Source: a virus
Lineage: Duplodnaviria; Heunggongvirae; Uroviricota; Caudoviricetes
Strand: one strand, 5' to 3'
IMG/VR virus record: IMGVR_UViG_3300010348_000547
Span: 64,566 to 128,565 of that record
DNA: 64,000 nucleotides
The first letter of the stretch is position 1. Each line of letters opens with the position of its first letter. This document shows positions 9,410 through 19,967 of the stretch, piece by piece. Both the position numbers and the translations under genes were made by a program. The notes under the pieces are model-generated. The model worked only from the letters and a program-made list of their open reading frames with translations. It ran no database searches and was not told the origin of the DNA.

Positions 9410-10444
9410 TTATAGGATTACAGTACCTTCCGCAAATGCTTTTGGAAGTGAATAATTTCTGGTGTTATAATGCCATTCAGCTTCTTTGAGTTTTTCCTCA
9501 AGACGCAGTTGCCATTCCGCCATAGTTCCTTCACTAACCTCAAAGCAATATACTTGCTGGTACTTATCAATAACAATAAAGTTGAAGACAATCTTCCATC
9601 CTTCCTGAGCAAGAAGCTCGTGGAAGTTGAAATGTGCCAACCTGTGGTAAATTGCTGCTTGACTCCAATAATTGTAGAACTCAATTGTTTCTTTGAAGTC
9701 AGCGATGGTTTTACTTGTGGTCTTTAAGTCGTTGACAAAAATGGTTTTCTTGTCGTGGTCCACCTTGACATTGTCCAATACTCCTTTCAGACCAAAAGGA
9801 TAGTCAATATCAATGTTGAAAAACTTCTCATTGTGTAATTCCACATTGTCCATTTCACTGATAAGCAAGCCTAACAGTTCACAAACCTTAGGGTCTGCAC
9901 GTAAAATGTCCACAGCTTCATTACAACGCTGCATGGTTTCTGAATCTAATAGGTCTTTGTTACCTTTAATCTTCAGGAACTCGAAATAAGACTTAGCATC
10001 TTCAGTCAGGATTTTCTCCAACCTCTTCTCATCTCCTGTTTTCCAAGGAGCTTTCTTGTCATCCGTTAATGACTGATGTAGCTTGACCTCTTTCAAATAC
10101 TCCAGTATCTCTACGGTGTAATTTTCTAAAATGCCCGGTGCTTCCTTTACTCTGTCATAGATTACATCTACAAGCTTACGGGTATTATCCGTTGGTAAAG
10201 TGCTTGGCATCAACATGAATTGCTCTTCAAAAGAACCGTTGTCTAATAACAGACAGTGGATTACTTTTCCGTCAATTAAATAGCTTTCCAGCTTTTCTTC
10301 TCTTTGCTGCAAGATGTAATGCTTGTAGAAAAGAGCAGGCGAATACAGCATTTTATTTAAACCTGAATAGCTCAGGTAAAAAGGTTTGCTGTAAAATTCT
10401 TTTACCAGTTCTTCCACTGGTCTAGTTTCTGTTGTACTTATCAT
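9410..10444 (-). CDS. PD-(D/E)XK-family nuclease (putative exonuclease)
   Basis: 344 aa with a D...D-x-K arrangement (VNDLKTT) and a Cas4/RecB-like layout. Confidence 0.45.
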   Translation of the reverse strand: MISTTETRPVEELVKEFYSKPFYLSYSGLNKMLYSPALFYKHYILQQREEKLESYLIDGKVIHCLLLDNGSFEEQFMLMPSTLPTDNTRKLVDVIYDRVKEAPGILENYTVEILEYLKEVKLHQSLTDDKKAPWKTGDEKRLEKILTEDAKSYFEFLKIKGNKDLLDSETMQRCNEAVDILRADPKVCELLGLLISEMDNVELHNEKFFNIDIDYPFGLKGVLDNVKVDHDKKTIFVNDLKTTSKTIADFKETIEFYNYWSQAAIYHRLAHFNFHELLAQEGWKIVFNFIVIDKYQQVYCFEVSEGTMAEWQLRLEEKLKEAEWHYNTRNYSLPKAFAEGTVIL

Positions 10445-10467
10445 TGTACTTGTTTTAATTTGTTAAA

Positions 10468-11592
10468 CTAGAGATGTGGGTTGAGTTGTTCTTCTGAGTC
10501 GTCATAGATGATTGTGTTATGAGTTGCATCCAATATGTTCTCTTGCAGTCCTCTTTCAATTTCTTCAGAAAACTTGAATTCGGCACATTTAAAGTACCTT
10601 AGACCCGTTTTCCGCTCTAATATCTCTTGAGCAATCGGCATGATTACATCAAGATTATTTCTGCTGAGTAACTTATTGTTGATTAGGGTTTCAATTACCT
10701 TGTCTAGTGATACATCACTTGTACTTGATAATCCGAAAAATTTGAGTAGAGCTCTGAAGTTGACGTGATCTACAAGTGGACAGTTAGCAATTTTATCCTT
10801 TCCGAACTCGTGAATCAGGAGCAACAAATATACGGCAGATTTTTCATAATCACAATTAGCCATAATCTCCATTGCTACTTTTACGTCTTTGTCATCTGTA
10901 CTTTTGAACAATCTTTTGATTAATTGGAACTGATTTTCATCCATTTCCGCTCCAGAGTTGAGTCTTCGAGTAACATCTCTCTGGTGAAAAATGTTACTAG
11001 CTTCCTGAATATGTTGAAAAGTTTTCAAGTCAGCCTCACTTCTGAAGATAGTTGAACGAGCTCCACAATGTGTAGGACTCAAGTTTAAGGTATGCCCCTG
11101 TGTTAGATTTAACATCTGGTCTTTTATATTACTGCCAGATACATAAACATATTCTGCAGTAACTTGGCCAACCATTTCTATAAAAGCTGGACCACAGTAT
11201 CTCTGTACTTGAGCTTTAAAATAATCAGCTTTTATTCTATACATCTCACAACTTTTTACTAAAGCTGAGATAGTATCGGGACCAACAAAAAGAGCAGTTG
11301 CTGACTCCTTGTACTTAACCATTGCTGTCTTGTACTCTTCACAAAATTTCTTCATCTTGAATCTTGGAACAGTACAGCCGGGTAAGAAGAAAAGCTTATC
11401 ACCTCTTTGTGGTATGTATTCTTTTGCAGTAATTGAATGCTTAGCTGCAAACGAATCTGGACTTATATCTTCTACGACATACTCCAGCTTTGGTGTTGTT
11501 TCATAACGGCCATATCTGCGTGAGTATTCAGCCTGTAATGTTAGGGTTATCTTAATCTCCATCTTGATTATTAAATAAAACGGGTTTAGCAT
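10468..11592 (-). CDS. hypothetical protein (374 aa)
   Basis: Long ORF. Confidence 0.5.
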   Translation of the reverse strand: MLNPFYLIIKMEIKITLTLQAEYSRRYGRYETTPKLEYVVEDISPDSFAAKHSITAKEYIPQRGDKLFFLPGCTVPRFKMKKFCEEYKTAMVKYKESATALFVGPDTISALVKSCEMYRIKADYFKAQVQRYCGPAFIEMVGQVTAEYVYVSGSNIKDQMLNLTQGHTLNLSPTHCGARSTIFRSEADLKTFQHIQEASNIFHQRDVTRRLNSGAEMDENQFQLIKRLFKSTDDKDVKVAMEIMANCDYEKSAVYLLLLIHEFGKDKIANCPLVDHVNFRALLKFFGLSSTSDVSLDKVIETLINNKLLSRNNLDVIMPIAQEILERKTGLRYFKCAEFKFSEEIERGLQENILDATHNTIIYDDSEEQLNPHL

Positions 11593-12031
11593 TCGGGTCT
11601 AAGTGCTTCAGTGTATCTTTCAACTCAATAGTGTGCTGATAAAACTTAGAGTGTGTAGTACGTTTTTCATGCTCAATCAATTCATCCTTAATACGCATGT
11701 AAATTTCGTCTGTCATCCAACCTTGTTTAATCAACCATGAGCCAAACTCTGTAGCATTTTTATGTGCAATAAAGAACAAGTGAGCTCTGTCACGAAACTC
11801 TCTACCTATCTTTGTTCTCTGATTAACCATTCTACTTGAGTAAAGATTAGCTAATTTCCAAATCCAGAAAATGGATTTCTCCACATTAATAGGAGCTAGT
11901 ATTTGTTGTGCCATTAAATGGTCTGCCTCATCATTGCTACGCAACATACAAAGCAGTGTCTCGTAATGAGATTCAGTAAGAACAGTCACCCCAGGGATTA
12001 CCTGAGGTGCTGTTAATTTTGATTTTGCCAT
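11552..12031 (-). CDS. hypothetical protein (159 aa)
   Basis: ORF. Confidence 0.45.
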   Translation of the reverse strand: MAKSKLTAPQVIPGVTVLTESHYETLLCMLRSNDEADHLMAQQILAPINVEKSIFWIWKLANLYSSRMVNQRTKIGREFRDRAHLFFIAHKNATEFGSWLIKQGWMTDEIYMRIKDELIEHEKRTTHSKFYQHTIELKDTLKHLDPNAKPVLFNNQDGD

Positions 12032-12032
12032 A

Positions 12033-12578
12033 TTATTTCATTGCCATTTTTAAATAATCTGCAGCTTTTAGTAATAAGTCTGGGTCATCTTGTAGATATG
12101 AGATAGCTGAATTACAAAAAGCACAGAGTATACCTCTCACTTCTCCTGTATCATGATTGTGGTCTACTACTAGCCCTTTACCATGATTTAGTCCTGTTCC
12201 ATTACAGATTTTACAGAGACCTCCTTGGAGTCTATAATGTCTTTCAAAGTCTGGCATAGTAAAGTATTCTCCATTTTCATTGAGAATTCCTTTCTGTTTC
12301 CAACCTCTTTCAAGCCACTTAGCTCTATTCTTTTCATAATACTCTTTGTGCTTTAACCGGTAGTTATCCCAGTTCTTTTTTCTGTGCTCAGCGTTAATAG
12401 CAATGATATGCTTTCTATTCTTTTTATAGCGCTCTTGTCTTTGCTTAACAGCTTCTACACTCTTCTTCCGAGCACTCTCACAATCTTTACAATTAGGTGC
12501 CAGACCATCTTTACTTCTGCTTTTTTTGTGGAACTGTCCATGGTCTTTAGGAACAGCACATACTGAACATGTTTTCAT
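12033..12578 (-). CDS. Endonuclease VII-family (HNH-like) endonuclease
   Basis: N-terminal Cys4 zinc cluster. The C-terminal CKICNG...DHNHDTGEVRGILCAFCN is the Endonuclease_7 HNH signature and is paralogous to the gene at 47002-47355. Confidence 0.65.
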   Translation of the reverse strand: MKTCSVCAVPKDHGQFHKKSRSKDGLAPNCKDCESARKKSVEAVKQRQERYKKNRKHIIAINAEHRKKNWDNYRLKHKEYYEKNRAKWLERGWKQKGILNENGEYFTMPDFERHYRLQGGLCKICNGTGLNHGKGLVVDHNHDTGEVRGILCAFCNSAISYLQDDPDLLLKAADYLKMAMK

Positions 12579-12642
12579 AAATATAATTTAAGAGGTAACA
12601 AGCACAAAGATATACATTATGCTTGTTACCACCAAAAATATT

Positions 12643-14094
12643 TTACTTCATAGCCATCTTCATTACATCAGCGTTTGTCATCATGCGTTGGAACTTTTGC
12701 TTGTTACCATTTAAGATTTTCTTAACCAACACATATTTCAAGTCATCCGTAAACACGTCTTCTGTTGCCAAAGCAATCAAGCGGTTAGTGATATCCTGAG
12801 TGATTGGGTTCTCCTGAGAATAATTTACAGTGAAATTTATCAGACGAGTGGTTAATACACTAGCGATATCTGCACGATAAGCATTCCCTGTTCCAACACA
12901 CTCACGAATTTCATTCAATACAGTTGCGTCACTGTCTTTCAATAACATGTCTTTAGGAGAAATCAACTTATCCAATTTGTTGTGGATAAATGAGGTGAAC
13001 ATGGTAGTAAACTCAGGCCCTACTGAACCTTCACCAATCATTTGGATAAGAGGTAAAGTGTTAGCAAAGTCCTGAATAGAACTGATACAGTTGAAGAATG
13101 TGGTAATCGATCTTGGATTTACACGAGCACTTACTAACTCATCATGCATCAACAAGAAGTTGATACAACGACCGTCAATCTTTTGCTCTTCAGCCCAACG
13201 AGCCCATACATCTTTGTCAAACTTTAAGTTGACACTTACAAAACGAGTTCTTTGAGCTGTATCAATAGACTGTACTAAATAGTCTCCGTTGTCAGGGTTA
13301 GCTGTCAACAAGATATGCCAGTCTTTTGGTAACTTCCAAGAGATATATTCCTGTCTGTCCACCAATTCCATCACGGCTTGAATGAAACGAATGTCTGCAC
13401 GATTCCAGTCATCCAAGATTAAGAATCCACCACCTTGCTTATCTGCAATCCACTCTGGAGGACAGTAAGACATACGCTTTTGTCCAGTGAATTCGTATCC
13501 ACGCTTGATGTATTCTTCTACAGCATTTTCATCAACCCATAAGCATTGGGTATCAAATGAGCCTTCAGGAGCATCAGCAGGTACTTGAACTTCTTCCATC
13601 ACTGTTTCTTCAATTTCAACGTCCACTAATACTTCTTCCTTAATCTTTACTTCAACCGGCATGTTTACGGTTTTCATTTGGAACTTACCGTCTGGTCCCA
13701 TTACCTGTTTGTTTACAAGACGCGTTTCAGTTACAGTCTTTTCAACTTCTTTCGGTTGCTGAACAATTCTCTTAACTGTTTTTGGAACTTGCTTAGTTAC
13801 CATGTGTAATGCAACCGCAGCATGCTGAGATTTGCATAATTGGAACTGTCTGATAGGAAATCCTACCAAGTCACCTAACTCTTCAATCTGAGCTAAGTTT
13901 AACTTCACCACATTCATGGCTTTCTCATGTGCTAATTGTAACACAGAACTGGTCTTACCCAGACCCGATTCACCGATGATTTCTACAGCTACTGCAGGCT
14001 TGCCATCCTTTTGTAGGAAGCGGTTATTATCTACAATGTGAGTTAAAAATTCTTTTGTCTCATCAATGTTTAAGTGTACTTGATTGTTGCTCAT
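12643..14094 (-). CDS. AAA+ ATPase (MoxR-like)
   Basis: Walker A GESGLGKTS, Walker B LILDDWN. It sits directly upstream of the VWA protein, as in ATPase-VWA pairs. Confidence 0.65.
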   Translation of the reverse strand: MSNNQVHLNIDETKEFLTHIVDNNRFLQKDGKPAVAVEIIGESGLGKTSSVLQLAHEKAMNVVKLNLAQIEELGDLVGFPIRQFQLCKSQHAAVALHMVTKQVPKTVKRIVQQPKEVEKTVTETRLVNKQVMGPDGKFQMKTVNMPVEVKIKEEVLVDVEIEETVMEEVQVPADAPEGSFDTQCLWVDENAVEEYIKRGYEFTGQKRMSYCPPEWIADKQGGGFLILDDWNRADIRFIQAVMELVDRQEYISWKLPKDWHILLTANPDNGDYLVQSIDTAQRTRFVSVNLKFDKDVWARWAEEQKIDGRCINFLLMHDELVSARVNPRSITTFFNCISSIQDFANTLPLIQMIGEGSVGPEFTTMFTSFIHNKLDKLISPKDMLLKDSDATVLNEIRECVGTGNAYRADIASVLTTRLINFTVNYSQENPITQDITNRLIALATEDVFTDDLKYVLVKKILNGNKQKFQRMMTNADVMKMAMK

Positions 14095-14109
14095 ATTATT
14101 TTTATTGGA

Positions 14110-15315
14110 TTAGTTTAACTTTATTTGTGGGCCTATTAATGCTTCATTTATTTTAGACTGACTGCTTAGTACCCATAGCATTCGTCCTCTAGCTGGAGTC
14201 GGTGCTGAACATTCTCCATCAGTGAAATACATTAAACAAGTGTACTTATGTACATTCTCGTTATAATAATCAATCACCGGTTGGAAATCAGTCCCACCTC
14301 GTCCTTTAATCTGGATGTCCTTCTTAATGTTAAAAGGAGAGATATCACTGATAGCAGTATCACACTGTAAAACAGTTATCTCAGTTCCAGTCTTGTGTAT
14401 GTGATATAACTCATTCATACACTCTCGTAGTTCAGAAGAACTAACAGAGGCTGACGTATCGATTGCAAACAAGATGTGACGTCTCGGTTTTATTTTCAAA
14501 CCTGGATTCTCCTCATAGCGTTTGTTATACTTACGTCTTGTCTTTTTCGTATAGATTTTGGTTGATCCTCCTGCAAACCTTCTCAAGTATCCACGCCAGT
14601 CAAACTTAGGAGGCTCAACTTCAGCTAAACGCTTAAGTATCTCCGTAAATTCACCTGGAATAGTTCCACGAGATTTCTCAACTTGGTCAGCTACCTCTTT
14701 CAGAATATTTTCTGTATGAGTTCTAATCAATTTTTGAGTTGCTTCTGGAAGACCTTCCATAGCTTCCCAGCCTGAATGGTCTGGTAAATCTATAGTCTTT
14801 TGTCCCTTTCCTGTACCGATTGTTACTTGACATTGCCCAGCTGCATTAGCTGCCATCATTGCTTCAAGAGTTGGAGATGAACCATTTTTCTTAGCTTGTA
14901 TAAGCTTTTCATAATAGTACATTGTCCCCTTCTTTTCTTCAAGTTGTAGTTCAGGAAAACTAGACGGTAAAATTGGGTTGGGTGGTAAGTCATCAGTATC
15001 AATATACTGATTAATCTCACAATCCATGGCGTAGTTTGCAATTTCCTGGTCCGCCAAATGATTAAAGTCAGTCAAATGGAAAAACCCGATATGAAGTAAC
15101 TCATGTTTTAACAAACCTCTATGAGATTTCTCAGTTAGAGTACTCCAAAATTGCTCGTTGATTAGTAAATGGTAGTTGATACCATTCAATCCAACGCATG
15201 CGGTGTGAACACTATCACTCCACTGTTTGTTCAGCATTATCAGGAACATCCCGTAAAAGGGTTCCCTCAGCATCAGATCTTTCGAGGCTTTCGCCAATTG
15301 GTCTACTTTGCTCAT
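14110..15315 (-). CDS. VWA-domain protein with an N-terminal HExxH metallopeptidase-like domain (DUF2201-like)
   Basis: HELLHIGFFH motif in the N-terminal part. MIDAS motif LFAIDTSASVSS in the C-terminal half. Confidence 0.6.
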   Translation of the reverse strand: MSKVDQLAKASKDLMLREPFYGMFLIMLNKQWSDSVHTACVGLNGINYHLLINEQFWSTLTEKSHRGLLKHELLHIGFFHLTDFNHLADQEIANYAMDCEINQYIDTDDLPPNPILPSSFPELQLEEKKGTMYYYEKLIQAKKNGSSPTLEAMMAANAAGQCQVTIGTGKGQKTIDLPDHSGWEAMEGLPEATQKLIRTHTENILKEVADQVEKSRGTIPGEFTEILKRLAEVEPPKFDWRGYLRRFAGGSTKIYTKKTRRKYNKRYEENPGLKIKPRRHILFAIDTSASVSSSELRECMNELYHIHKTGTEITVLQCDTAISDISPFNIKKDIQIKGRGGTDFQPVIDYYNENVHKYTCLMYFTDGECSAPTPARGRMLWVLSSQSKINEALIGPQIKLN

Positions 15316-15721
15316 TTGGATTAATTTGGATTAGTAATTGTTCAATTTTTCTGTCTCCTGGTTGGAGCTTTCTGTTAATTTCGTCCATCATGTGTACTGC
15401 GAAGCGTGACATGAAGAACTGGATGTCGTCTAAATGAACCTTATATGCTAAAGAGATTTCCAAAATCTTCTTGTAGGTTATACGGTCAACGATTCCCAAG
15501 GCGCGGTATTTCTTAACTGTCTCTGCGGCATGTTCGTTCCATAACTTTCTGTCCACATTAGCCTCCTTCATCATCAGAAGAACGTAGGTAATGTTTTGTT
15601 TAAAGTCACTGGCCTCAATGCATGATAATGCAACTACAGCATTCTCCTTATCGGAGGATTCCAGCATATCTTTTAGCTGGCTGTATGTTTCTTTTCCTAA
15701 TATGATTTTGTCTCTGCTCAT
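15215..15721 (-). CDS. hypothetical protein (168 aa)
   Basis: ORF. Its 3' region overlaps the start of the VWA gene in another frame. Confidence 0.4.
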   Translation of the reverse strand: MSRDKIILGKETYSQLKDMLESSDKENAVVALSCIEASDFKQNITYVLLMMKEANVDRKLWNEHAAETVKKYRALGIVDRITYKKILEISLAYKVHLDDIQFFMSRFAVHMMDEINRKLQPGDRKIEQLLIQINPNEQSRPIGESLERSDAEGTLLRDVPDNAEQTVE

Positions 15722-16063
15722 TTAATCTGCGAGTTTCTTTGTTTTAATCATCCACTCTTTTGGTTCTTTCAGATTGTCCAACCATTCCTTCGCTGAAGGT
15801 AAGTGACCATTACAATCTTCTTTTACATGTTGTTCACCAACATATCTTGTGTAAACAGTTTTACCTTCACTGTTTACAAAGCTTGCTCCGAATTTCTGCT
15901 CACACTCAAAGATTCCCTCTGAGTGATGTCTGAATAAACGGTGTTTGGAATGCCCTATCCATGCCTTAGTTTCATCAAACCAGTTATGGATGTGGATATA
16001 ATCCTCGGGCTTTCCACCGAATTTTTTTGCGCTACTTTTAGCGTGAAGCATTGGATGTGCCAT
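15722..16063 (-). CDS. hypothetical protein (113 aa)
   Basis: ORF. Confidence 0.45.
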   Translation of the reverse strand: MAHPMLHAKSSAKKFGGKPEDYIHIHNWFDETKAWIGHSKHRLFRHHSEGIFECEQKFGASFVNSEGKTVYTRYVGEQHVKEDCNGHLPSAKEWLDNLKEPKEWMIKTKKLAD

Positions 16064-16479
16064 TAGTTATCGTCTCCTACTTTACCTGTTAATACTGAGT
16101 TCACTGTTTCTGTTACATTGTAATAATGGTCACCATGATAGCTAGCATCTAATGTACTTATATACATAGTACCACCGCCACCTTCATTATTGTACCAGTC
16201 ATCAGCTCCTTGTAATAATTTGTCAGTCACAAGATTTTTTACTCTTTCTTCCATTTCTTCACACAGCTCTGCAACATCATACTCATCATCATCCTTTACT
16301 TCACCATCTTCAATTGTAATGTGTCCTGCTGGAATTAATTCGATTTCATCAATACAACCCTCATCACCACCTCCTGAATACTTTATGCGAATCCAATGAT
16401 AGCCTTGAGCTGCAAGGTTGAATAATAAATGTGTAAATCCACTGTTTAATGGAATAGTTGGGCTAATTTTTTCTGCCAT
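16063..16479 (-). CDS. hypothetical acidic protein (138 aa)
   Basis: ORF rich in Asp/Glu. Confidence 0.45.
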   Translation of the reverse strand: MAEKISPTIPLNSGFTHLLFNLAAQGYHWIRIKYSGGGDEGCIDEIELIPAGHITIEDGEVKDDDEYDVAELCEEMEERVKNLVTDKLLQGADDWYNNEGGGGTMYISTLDASYHGDHYYNVTETVNSVLTGKVGDDN

Positions 16480-16480
16480 G

Positions 16481-17017
16481 TTATAAATTGTTTCTACGGG
16501 CGTATTCCGCCATTAATACTGCATCAATTAATCCGTCATGTGGTACAGTTGCTCTTGTACCAAATGTTAGTTTTAGTTCAGGGAAGATTCTTGTTATAGC
16601 CACAAGTGCCATAGCTTTGGTATCCCTAACCGGTTTCTTTCCGGTCTTACTTGGCTTGGTAATTTCTTCCACGCCCTGGAACATAGCCTTCTGCCAATCA
16701 ACAGCTCTTACTTTAGTATAAGGAAGCTGATTAGCTATGAGAGACATTTCCACTGCTCCTGCTTGGTTACCCATAGAGAATGCAGTTTGCTTACTTGAAC
16801 CGAATATCACACCAAGCTTTTCAAATACAGCATAGGCATCTTTCCCAAGATGACTTACTGCTTCATTCTTCATATCACGAATGATACTGTTCAGCTGATG
16901 ATAATTCAGTTCTGTTTTTATTTTGGGCATCTCAAATGTTTTGATTTCCCCGTCAGGATAGATAATGGCAAGAGCACCGGATTTTCCGATGTCTACACCC
17001 ATGTACACTTTACTCAT
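16481..17017 (-). CDS. RuvC-like Holliday junction resolvase
   Basis: N-terminal MGVDIGKSGALAI matches the RuvC/YqgF-fold start; size 178 aa. Confidence 0.5.
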   Translation of the reverse strand: MSKVYMGVDIGKSGALAIIYPDGEIKTFEMPKIKTELNYHQLNSIIRDMKNEAVSHLGKDAYAVFEKLGVIFGSSKQTAFSMGNQAGAVEMSLIANQLPYTKVRAVDWQKAMFQGVEEITKPSKTGKKPVRDTKAMALVAITRIFPELKLTFGTRATVPHDGLIDAVLMAEYARRNNL

Positions 17018-18006
17018 TTGAGTGCTTGTTTTAAAATTGGGGTTAATACTTGCTTTACTTTTAGGATACCATGGTCACGTCCAGAATCACTCAAATCTTT
17101 AGATAAAGGTAAGAGAGCTCCTTTCAGACCATACTTTTCCTCATAAGCTGCCATAGCTTTGATACCTGCATCATCATTATCAAAGAGAGTACAAATTCCT
17201 TTATACTTCAATTTGAATGAATTCATGATGTGTTCTGCAATAAGTGTGTTCTCACTATCAGGTGCTACGGATTCTGCTTCTTCATAACCAAGCTTGTCAA
17301 AGAACATTAAGTCCTTTAAAGAGCTACTGATTACAAGGTACTTCTTTTGATACGTCAGCTGATCCATCCCCTGTACATATTCTCGCACCTTGATGAACTT
17401 GTGGTCCGTTACAAGAGGCTGATAAATTTTATACAGTGTGCCATCTGCTCTGAAATAACCATAGATACAGCTACGACCTTTGATGATAAGAGTTTTGGTG
17501 TCACCATCTTCCTCCTTAGACATCTCATAAGATTCAAGAGGAACGACGTGATACTTGCTGAGCAATTTACTTCCGATGTGGAACTTAGTCCAGAACTTCT
17601 GGTCAAGGGTATTCCATCCACGGGTTTGATGTGCTGTTACCTTATATCGCTGTTGTACTTTGAATTCTCTGAGACTCATGTCTTCTTTATTTGTAAGAAG
17701 CCATTTGTTATAATCTTCAATAATTCTATGAGCTGCTTCACCACGCGTTGTGTAGTTAAACAGACTCTTTATCAGTGATACATTATCTCCGGACTTACCG
17801 GTTGAGAAATCTCTAAACAGATAAACATTGTTGCCTTTACTCCCGACAAATATGCTCAGGGAAGGTCTTTTATCTTTAGGATTAAACGGTGATAGAATCA
17901 TCAGATTCTGACCCATCAATTTCTCTGGAAGCTTTAGATAATGTTCAAACACCCATTCGGTGGGTATTTCAGTCAACTCAGTTACTAATACTTTTGTCTG
18001 AATCAT
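17014..18006 (-). CDS. TOPRIM-domain DNA primase
   Basis: FDNDDAG TOPRIM motif near the C-terminus; located inside the replication module. Confidence 0.5.
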   Translation of the reverse strand: MIQTKVLVTELTEIPTEWVFEHYLKLPEKLMGQNLMILSPFNPKDKRPSLSIFVGSKGNNVYLFRDFSTGKSGDNVSLIKSLFNYTTRGEAAHRIIEDYNKWLLTNKEDMSLREFKVQQRYKVTAHQTRGWNTLDQKFWTKFHIGSKLLSKYHVVPLESYEMSKEEDGDTKTLIIKGRSCIYGYFRADGTLYKIYQPLVTDHKFIKVREYVQGMDQLTYQKKYLVISSSLKDLMFFDKLGYEEAESVAPDSENTLIAEHIMNSFKLKYKGICTLFDNDDAGIKAMAAYEEKYGLKGALLPLSKDLSDSGRDHGILKVKQVLTPILKQALK

Positions 18007-18060
18007 AGTCTATAAATAACAAAGGGGGACGAATCCCCCTCTGTAATAGGTTAAAAGTTA

Positions 18061-18759
18061 TTAATCATCTAACTTGAAATCACCGGCTGCTGGACCTGAA
18101 ATGTCTTGAGTTGGTTCCATTTGCGTATTTGCATCTGGTTCGAACTCGCTAACAGCATCAGCTTTCTTTTTCTTGATGTGTTCTTCAGGATTGAAGACAA
18201 CAACTTTCTTACCGAAGGCTGCACCAGCTTTACTGTATTTAGGTAAGAACAAATCAAAATCAGTATAACCGTTTTTGTTTGTGTATTCCTTACCACCGAT
18301 ACAGAACTCGATAGCTTTATCACCATAAGGCTTGTCCTCATTGAACGCGTTAATTAACTGTTCAATGGTGTCGAACTTACCGTCTTGGTCAACTAACCAT
18401 TGGTTGCAATCAAATGCAGTACAAAGATTCTTAAGCAATTTTAAGATTTCATTGTCTTTGCTGATTTCAACACCGCTCTTAGTGGTACCGTCAGCATAAG
18501 CCCATTCGCTTGCTTTCACACGACCAACTTGACCTTTATGACGACCAAGAGATTGGTTATCTTTATCAAGCCAGAAACCTTCAAAATCAGGTCCTTGGTC
18601 AGGACCTTCTAAGTGCAATATTACATGCACGCTACCTGGTTTGAATTTGAAATCCTCTACGGTAATACCGTTCAATTTACAAATCACGTTACCCGGACTT
18701 AATGTTTTTGGTGTACCACCGTCGCCACCACCTTTGATGTTTTTTGTGTCTAATGCCAT
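18061..18759 (-). CDS. hypothetical protein with an acidic C-terminal tail (possible ssDNA-binding protein)
   Basis: 232 aa ending in GDFKLDD. The OB-like N-terminal region and its neighbourhood are only suggestive. Confidence 0.35.
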   Translation of the reverse strand: MALDTKNIKGGGDGGTPKTLSPGNVICKLNGITVEDFKFKPGSVHVILHLEGPDQGPDFEGFWLDKDNQSLGRHKGQVGRVKASEWAYADGTTKSGVEISKDNEILKLLKNLCTAFDCNQWLVDQDGKFDTIEQLINAFNEDKPYGDKAIEFCIGGKEYTNKNGYTDFDLFLPKYSKAGAAFGKKVVVFNPEEHIKKKKADAVSEFEPDANTQMEPTQDISGPAAGDFKLDD

Positions 18760-18769
18760 TTTCTTTTTT

Positions 18770-19408
18770 TTACTTAGTTGTTTTTACTTCTTCATGAGGT
18801 ACGTCAATTACTTCCGCAATTGAGCCATCCTCATTTCTCTTAATTTGATTCTCGTTGGAAATAAATGTGTCAGCCATTTCCTCAGCTGTGTACAGACCTA
18901 ATAACAAGTCTGCACCGATTCTATTGGCACCCTTTGCTAAGCAACGAGCATACAACATTTCTTTTGGCATACGCTTCCAGTTATCTTTTGTTGATAAGCC
19001 TTGAAGTTCTGCATCACGCATAGTGAACGTACACATCTCTTCTAATCCGTCACGGATAAATTTGATAGTAGTTCGTCTATCCACGGCCTTTTCGTCAGGA
19101 GTTGAAGGTTGTAAAGCACCGCCTTTGTAGACATATACTCCATCTTCAAGTGTTACGAACTTAACCCCACCTTTTCTTAATAAGGCGCCTACCGCCTTAG
19201 CACTTAAGCTAAGTCTTCCCTGAATAGGGATTATGTAGTGGAATGATTGCATGGTTGCAAATCCTAATTCCTTACCCATTTGGGCAACTGTGAACGCCTC
19301 TTCCACATTTTTGATGTGAACAGGCAACTTTTTGGACACGATTAGTGTCTCCAGGAAATTCTTGAGATCTCCTGCTGATTCTTGGACCAGAGCTTTGTCT
19401 TGATTCAT
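18770..19408 (-). CDS. hypothetical protein (212 aa), possible single-strand annealing protein
   Basis: Sits between the SSB-like gene and the helicase. I recognised no clear motif. Confidence 0.35.
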   Translation of the reverse strand: MNQDKALVQESAGDLKNFLETLIVSKKLPVHIKNVEEAFTVAQMGKELGFATMQSFHYIIPIQGRLSLSAKAVGALLRKGGVKFVTLEDGVYVYKGGALQPSTPDEKAVDRRTTIKFIRDGLEEMCTFTMRDAELQGLSTKDNWKRMPKEMLYARCLAKGANRIGADLLLGLYTAEEMADTFISNENQIKRNEDGSIAEVIDVPHEEVKTTK

Positions 19409-19415
19409 GTTTCTG

Positions 19416-19967
19416 CTATTTATTATTGGTGATGATATTATTCAGCCACGCCTTGTGGCTTACTGGTTTGTTTAAATGAATGGCAGCATAATCTCTGATG
19501 GTCATTTGTTCCATCGGCTGGTCGTTGTCCGGGTCAATACCTTTCAAGGTAAAGTCTTCTTCTACTACAGCTGGTGCAGCAGGTTTCTCTTTCTCCTTTA
19601 AGGTTACGTGTTGTAATTCTTCAACAGGGACTAAGTATCTGACGTGACCCGTTTGAGGGTGTGGTTCCGTCTTTTCATACTCTTCTTCAAAGTGTGGATT
19701 GAATCTCCACTTATACAGACGTCTTTCCGGGTCTTCCGGTACTAAATCTGCAGTAGTGAATTCAATATACACATCTTCGCCTTTGCTAATCTCACTAGCA
19801 AAGAAGGCAATGTGAAGCTCTGTCTTTCCATAAGGGCGATATGCCATCTTAGGAATAAAGACTGCTCCTGGTACACCAATCTTCTCTAAGAGAGGTTGGT
19901 GAAACTCGCGTAGCCGTTTAAGCCTTTCGCGCTTGTCTTCTGGTTTGTCTGTTGTTGATATACTCAT
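19416..19967 (-). CDS. hypothetical protein (183 aa)
   Basis: ORF. Confidence 0.45.
   Translation of the reverse strand: MSISTTDKPEDKRERLKRLREFHQPLLEKIGVPGAVFIPKMAYRPYGKTELHIAFFASEISKGEDVYIEFTTADLVPEDPERRLYKWRFNPHFEEEYEKTEPHPQTGHVRYLVPVEELQHVTLKEKEKPAAPAVVEEDFTLKGIDPDNDQPMEQMTIRDYAAIHLNKPVSHKAWLNNIITNNK

Noticed and set aside
17347-17778. 143-aa plus-strand ORF, and similar antisense ORFs inside large minus-strand genes (for example 20055-20435, 30928-31302, 34522-35025, 37526-37786).
   Set aside because: They are embedded antisense within well-supported long genes. No independent signals, and typical low-complexity antisense translations.
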